Positions 59,437 to 64,000 of a stretch of 64,000 nucleotides of DNA are shown here, piece by piece. The translations under genes and the position numbers were made by a program. Source of the stretch: Intoshia linei (lineage: Eukaryota > Animalia > Orthonectida). The stretch lies in contig LWCA01000027.1 of the NCBI GenBank assembly GCA_001642005.1, positions 12,682-76,681 on the forward strand, written 5' to 3'. The first letter of the stretch is position 1. Each line of letters opens with the position of its first letter. Under the pieces are notes generated by a model. It did no database searches. It saw only the letters and a list, made by a program, of their open reading frames with translations, and was not told the origin of the DNA.

Positions 59437-62400
59437 TTAAATTTCATTAAATGTATAATACAAACATGACTATTATATGCAACAGGACCTAATTTAATTT
59501 TAGTTTAAAAAATTAATTCAATTACCGCGTAAATAATTGCCATCACTCTGATCCGAGGGTGTTGTTGCAAGGTTTGTCCCATTATTAATCTACATACTAT
59601 ATATGTAATATATTTATATAATTAAATTCAACAAATAACTTACCCAAATCTATTTATTTTTGAGGCCACGGATACAATATGACGCGTAATTTTAGGATTA
59701 TTGACATCGTTTATATTTATACCGAAATCTGAAAAAATATATATAATTAAATGCATAATAGAATTTTTCAAAGCTAATAAATTTCTATTTATTTTATGGT
59801 GTTTGGATAATTTTTTTCTTTTATTAACCAAAATTGGCGTTAACAAGGACTTATAGGGGCTAGCAGTTATTATAGAAATTGGACTGCATAAAACGGTCCG
59901 TGTTAATGTAGATCAGGTTGATTTATTACCTTTAGATTGCTTGCAACTATTTATGTAGCTCTAAAATAATATTAAACGATTAAAACATCAAAAACTTTTA
60001 ATTCATTCATTTCCAATTGAAATGAAAAGAGCCGTCCAGACAACATTTCATTCTGAGATTCCTTTGTTTTTAATTTTTTTTCTAAATGAGATATTGTAAT
60101 CGCATCTTCTATATTAATTTCAGTATTCTAAATATAACGTAATTAAAGAAAGGCTCAATAAAACTATTAATTAGTACGACGATTTTTTTTAAACATCAGA
60201 AAAAATATTCAAGGGGACACTTGTCATCAATCCACCTGTACTAAATAATGTCAAATATTATCGCGAAATTAACATCTATAAATAATGTAAAACATTTTTT
60301 AATTTTTCAATTTCATCATTTTTCTGAGAAATTATAGAGTAAAAGTTTCTCCTGTCAATGCTATTTGTGGAAATTTGGCTCTTTAATTTAAAATTAATTT
60401 GTTCCAATTTATTCTTATATATATTCTAAGATTTTAAAATGTATAAAATAAATTAAACGTAAATGTACCAATTGAGATTCAAAATTCCTCACGTCTTGTC
60501 TAAATATACCTTAATGCAGAGCCGTTTTAAGGCATGGGCAATATGGGCTGTAGCCCAGGGCCATTCATTAAAAAAGGCTTCAAATTAATAAAAAATACTT
60601 CACATTTATGTCTTAAGAAACAGTTTATAAGTTTTGAAGTGTCGAAATTCAAATAGCTAGAAAAGTAAATAGTAGTAAAAGTAAATAAAAATAATAGAAA
60701 ATAAAAACACAAAATAAAAACAAAGAAAATAGTATAAAGAATCATAATTCTGGTAATTATTCAATTTAAAATATATTCTACAATGTTTATCATATAATAT
60801 TGACATAAAAACTGTTTCAAATATTAATATTAAACTTTAAAACCTTTCTATCAAGTGAATATTTAAAAAAGAAAGTAGGAAATCTTTGATTTTCTCTTAT
60901 TAATTTTTAATTAATTAAGTAAGTTTTTGTAAAACAAATAAAAGTTACTAGAAACCTATATAATATCTTTTAATGTCTTTATTAATACTCAATGAAATAA
61001 GACTCTAAGTCTCCAACCAATAATATGTCCTGTCTTCTAAAAAAAGGCCCTAAAATTTTTTTATCGCTTCGGTCTTTAAAATTTTGAAACTTTAAAAGGC
61101 CGGAGGCCCTTTACTTAGCCCAGAGCCACGAAGTGGCTTAAGACGGCTCTGCCTTAATGTACACGATATAAAATATAAAAACGTTTGTTTATCATATAGC
61201 CTTAATTTTCGTATCATGGATTCAATTTGTTCGTCTTTAGAAGTCATAGATTTTTGAAATTCTGATATCAAATTTTTAGCATTTTGTAAATCTGCATTTA
61301 ATTTGAAAAATTGGTTATCTACATAGACAATGTAGATATATATTTTAAAATAAATGATCAGAGCGGAAGTTACCGTTTTTCTAAATTAAGCATTTCAAAA
61401 AATTTAAAATTTTCAATATCATATCTGACAAACCCAGAAATAGGGATTGGAAATAATTGATTGCAATTAATTATTTTATATAAACCAGTTAATTTTTTGC
61501 TAAATAATTAATTTTTCAATTAATTGGTTTTTTTTATATAACTGAAAAAATATAAATTGAATGCTTTTATTGACGAATGGTTTGAATAAAAAAATTAATT
61601 AAATTTTTTTATATAGTTCAAAAATTAAATTTAACACTTATACACTATAATTTATAATAATATAATATTAAGGTGTCAAGTTGACACTGTCAACACTCGT
61701 TGTAGCGTATCACAGTCCCACCATACTTTATTTATTTCCAGAAACAATTTTATTTCCAAATTTGCTAGATGAAATAAAATAAATATGAAAATACTTTCTA
61801 AATACTATTTTGCAAATAAAATATAATGCACTTAAAATAGTTGGATAAAATATAAATATAAAATAAAGGATTATTTATTCGTGATCTCTTTCGTGACGAA
61901 TGTATCAAATTTGATACAATGGATTTGTGGTTGGAATAAGATGTTTTTCTTATAAGATTTGATAAAATTGCGTTTTTCAAAAAAATATTGAAAAAAGGGG
62001 ATTTTCCCTTAAGCCTCCAGCAGGCTTAAGCTCTAGTTCTTTAGTTCGCCAATCTGGGACTAGATAATTTTGAGAAATATAAAAACTGTAACCATATAAA
62101 TCAGGTACTATTTATACAACATAAAATAATAGTATAAATTTCTATTTGTAAATTTTCGAACCTAATATGCTGGAGACCCATAAATTTAAAAAAATCAGGC
62201 TTCTATTTTATAAAATATTTCGCCAAGAAATACCATCCATGAGGGTATACGATATGAATGATTCGGCTGTGTTTGGTTCCCCGATTTCGTAAAAATCATT
62301 TCGAAAAATTATTTTACGTTTTATTTTTGAATTTTGTTTATCGCACGTCTATTAAATCCCTATTAACTAGAAATGTCGAACAGATGAAAGTTATTCTGCC

Positions 62401-62782
62401 ATTATATACAAATAATTAGACAAAAAAACATTTGTTAGGGTACATGAGAAACTGTCATGAACTATAAATTATATCATTCAATAACAACTAAAAATAAATA
62501 ATATCTTAATAGTGTCATGTAAAAACGATTAGGCCTATAGGGTCTTGGGTCTGTAATATACCATAATTATTAGGTCAAAGACTTAGACCTGTAAATAGTT
62601 TTATATGTACCCTTAACATTATATTTAGTGATATTGACTTTTTCTGGATCATCATTGACGACTTTTTGAAGATCAGGTTCTACCGTGACTTCTTCTTCGT
62701 TAAAAGCTATAAACGCACTTGTATCCACTTTTACTAAAAATTCTTCCGCTTTATCAGCAAAGTTTTTGATCCACGAATCCAT
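59437..62782 (-). CDS. GOLGA5: Golgin-84 / GOLGA5-like Golgi membrane protein (shortened)
   Basis: N-terminus MDSWIKNFADKAEEFLVKVD resembles golgin-84 MSW..LAGKAE.LL.RVD. Coiled-coil exons. C-terminal anchor LQQHPRIRVMAIIYAVLLHIIVMFVLYTFNEI* retains the Y...LH motif. Confidence 0.8.
60517..61151 (+). mobile_element. hAT family copy (same family as 46438-47081, opposite orientation)
   Basis: TIRs cagagccgttttaag and cttaagacggctctg. Identical 8-bp TSD ccttaatg. Confidence 0.9.
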
Positions 62783-62998
62783 CAGTAACTTAGGTTAAAA
62801 ATAATAAATTAAATAGATATGTAAAATTTATTTTAATTGTTAAAAAAATATGTTTTGTTATTTTCCTCCACGTCCAAAGACTTGTCAAATAAATGGTCAT
62901 AAATAAATGCATTATTCATTAATTAACACAATACAGTATGTATTACAGTTTAAAAAATTACAAATTGAAGAATACACACTTACGTTTATTTTAACATT

Positions 62999-63306
62999 TT
63001 AACATTTTTTAATTTTATTTTTCCTATTATTTTTATACAAGTCTACTTTGAATTGACCAGATTTACTTTGATACTTATTGAAAAGACTAAAACAACTGTA
63101 GCTAGAAACCAATAAAGCACAAAGAAATGGTAGATTAGTATTGATGTCATAAAATTTACCAGCGGCAACGGGTGCAAAACATCTACCAATGGAAACAATA
63201 CTGGCCGACAACCCATTTATTTCTGAAACACTAATATGAGTCTCCGATTCTTCGTCATTTTTGATGTGTGATAATTTGTGTTTGGTGACACTAACTGACA
63301 CTGACT
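62999..63306 (-). CDS. Last exon of a major facilitator superfamily transporter (partial; upstream exons not seen in the window)
   Basis: GLSASIVSIGRCFAPVAAGKFYD...LPFLCALLVS matches the MFS TM11-TM12 pattern. Preceded by a ttag acceptor. Confidence 0.7.
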
Positions 63307-64000
63307 CTAAATACTATTTTAGAATTATTATCTAAATTTTAGAGTATAGTTAACGATTTTAATTTAATTGTTTATATCATTATTTTTTCATTTTTAATAC
63401 CTGCGCAATGCGCATATTGTTCAAGTACATTCTCCAAAAAAATCAAAAAATTTATATTACTTTTATGTTTTTACTATTTATTTATATCTACATAACAAAA
63501 TTGATACAGTGTGTAGTAGGGTGGACATATTTTTCATAGTAAATAATTATTTTCAGATTTGCTGGAGGGACGAGTGAAAATTTTGTTCGTTTCATTAATC
63601 TATACATCTATACGAAATTTTACAAATCTACCATAATGTTATAGTGGTGCTCAAGGGCGGGAAATATACTAAAAGTTGAGTTTTTTTGATTTTGATGAAC
63701 GTTATAATTATAATAAAATGTTATCGTAATATAACAATCAATAATTATATTTTTATCATTCATACGTATCTGTATACCAAATTTTAGGAGTCAGCGTTGA
63801 TATTAAATAGTGTTTATTAAATGAAATAGTAAATTACAGATAAATTGATATTTTTATTATCGTAATCTAAAAATTTATTTACTTTACAAACTTAATCTAC
63901 CATTTAATGTTACCAACACTATCCAAAGACAATATATGGTTAATTTGGTATGTTATGAAAGATTTTGCTTGCTATAATTTTCCGACAATGAGAGATGTAT

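Overview
Very AT-rich eukaryotic (animal) genomic DNA, not prokaryotic. Genes are tightly packed and have two intron size classes: tiny introns of about 25-45 nt and introns inflated by transposons. I can reconstruct about 15 protein-coding genes by GT-AG splicing. In order: CAD (CPS-DHO-ATC part), an orphan gene missed by the ORF track, MTG1, KDEL receptor, CDC20, a BMP-family ligand, estrogen-related receptor (ERR), an intronless TRIM-NHL protein, AMPK beta, a Cys-rich secreted protein, PDCD2, a Lys-rich single-pass membrane protein, an LRRC74-like LRR/EF-hand protein, a polo-like kinase, a short golgin-84 and the last exon of an MFS transporter. Large introns hold hAT MITEs with intact 8-bp TSDs, pogo/Tigger-like MITEs, a multi-copy Helitron-like family and a plant-type DD39D mariner with Stowaway TIRs. 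Main observations: (1) all five confidently modelled convergent gene pairs have stop codons only 2-53 bp apart; (2) a DD39D/Stowaway-type mariner sits in an animal genome; (3) a perfect ERR response element lies just upstream of the ERR gene; (4) CDC20 lacks its C-terminal IR tail; (5) several tandem genes show operon-like spacing. Fast-evolving proteins, tiny introns and low GC fit a reduced parasitic invertebrate such as an orthonectid (Intoshia-like); this is inference only. All exon boundaries were read by eye.
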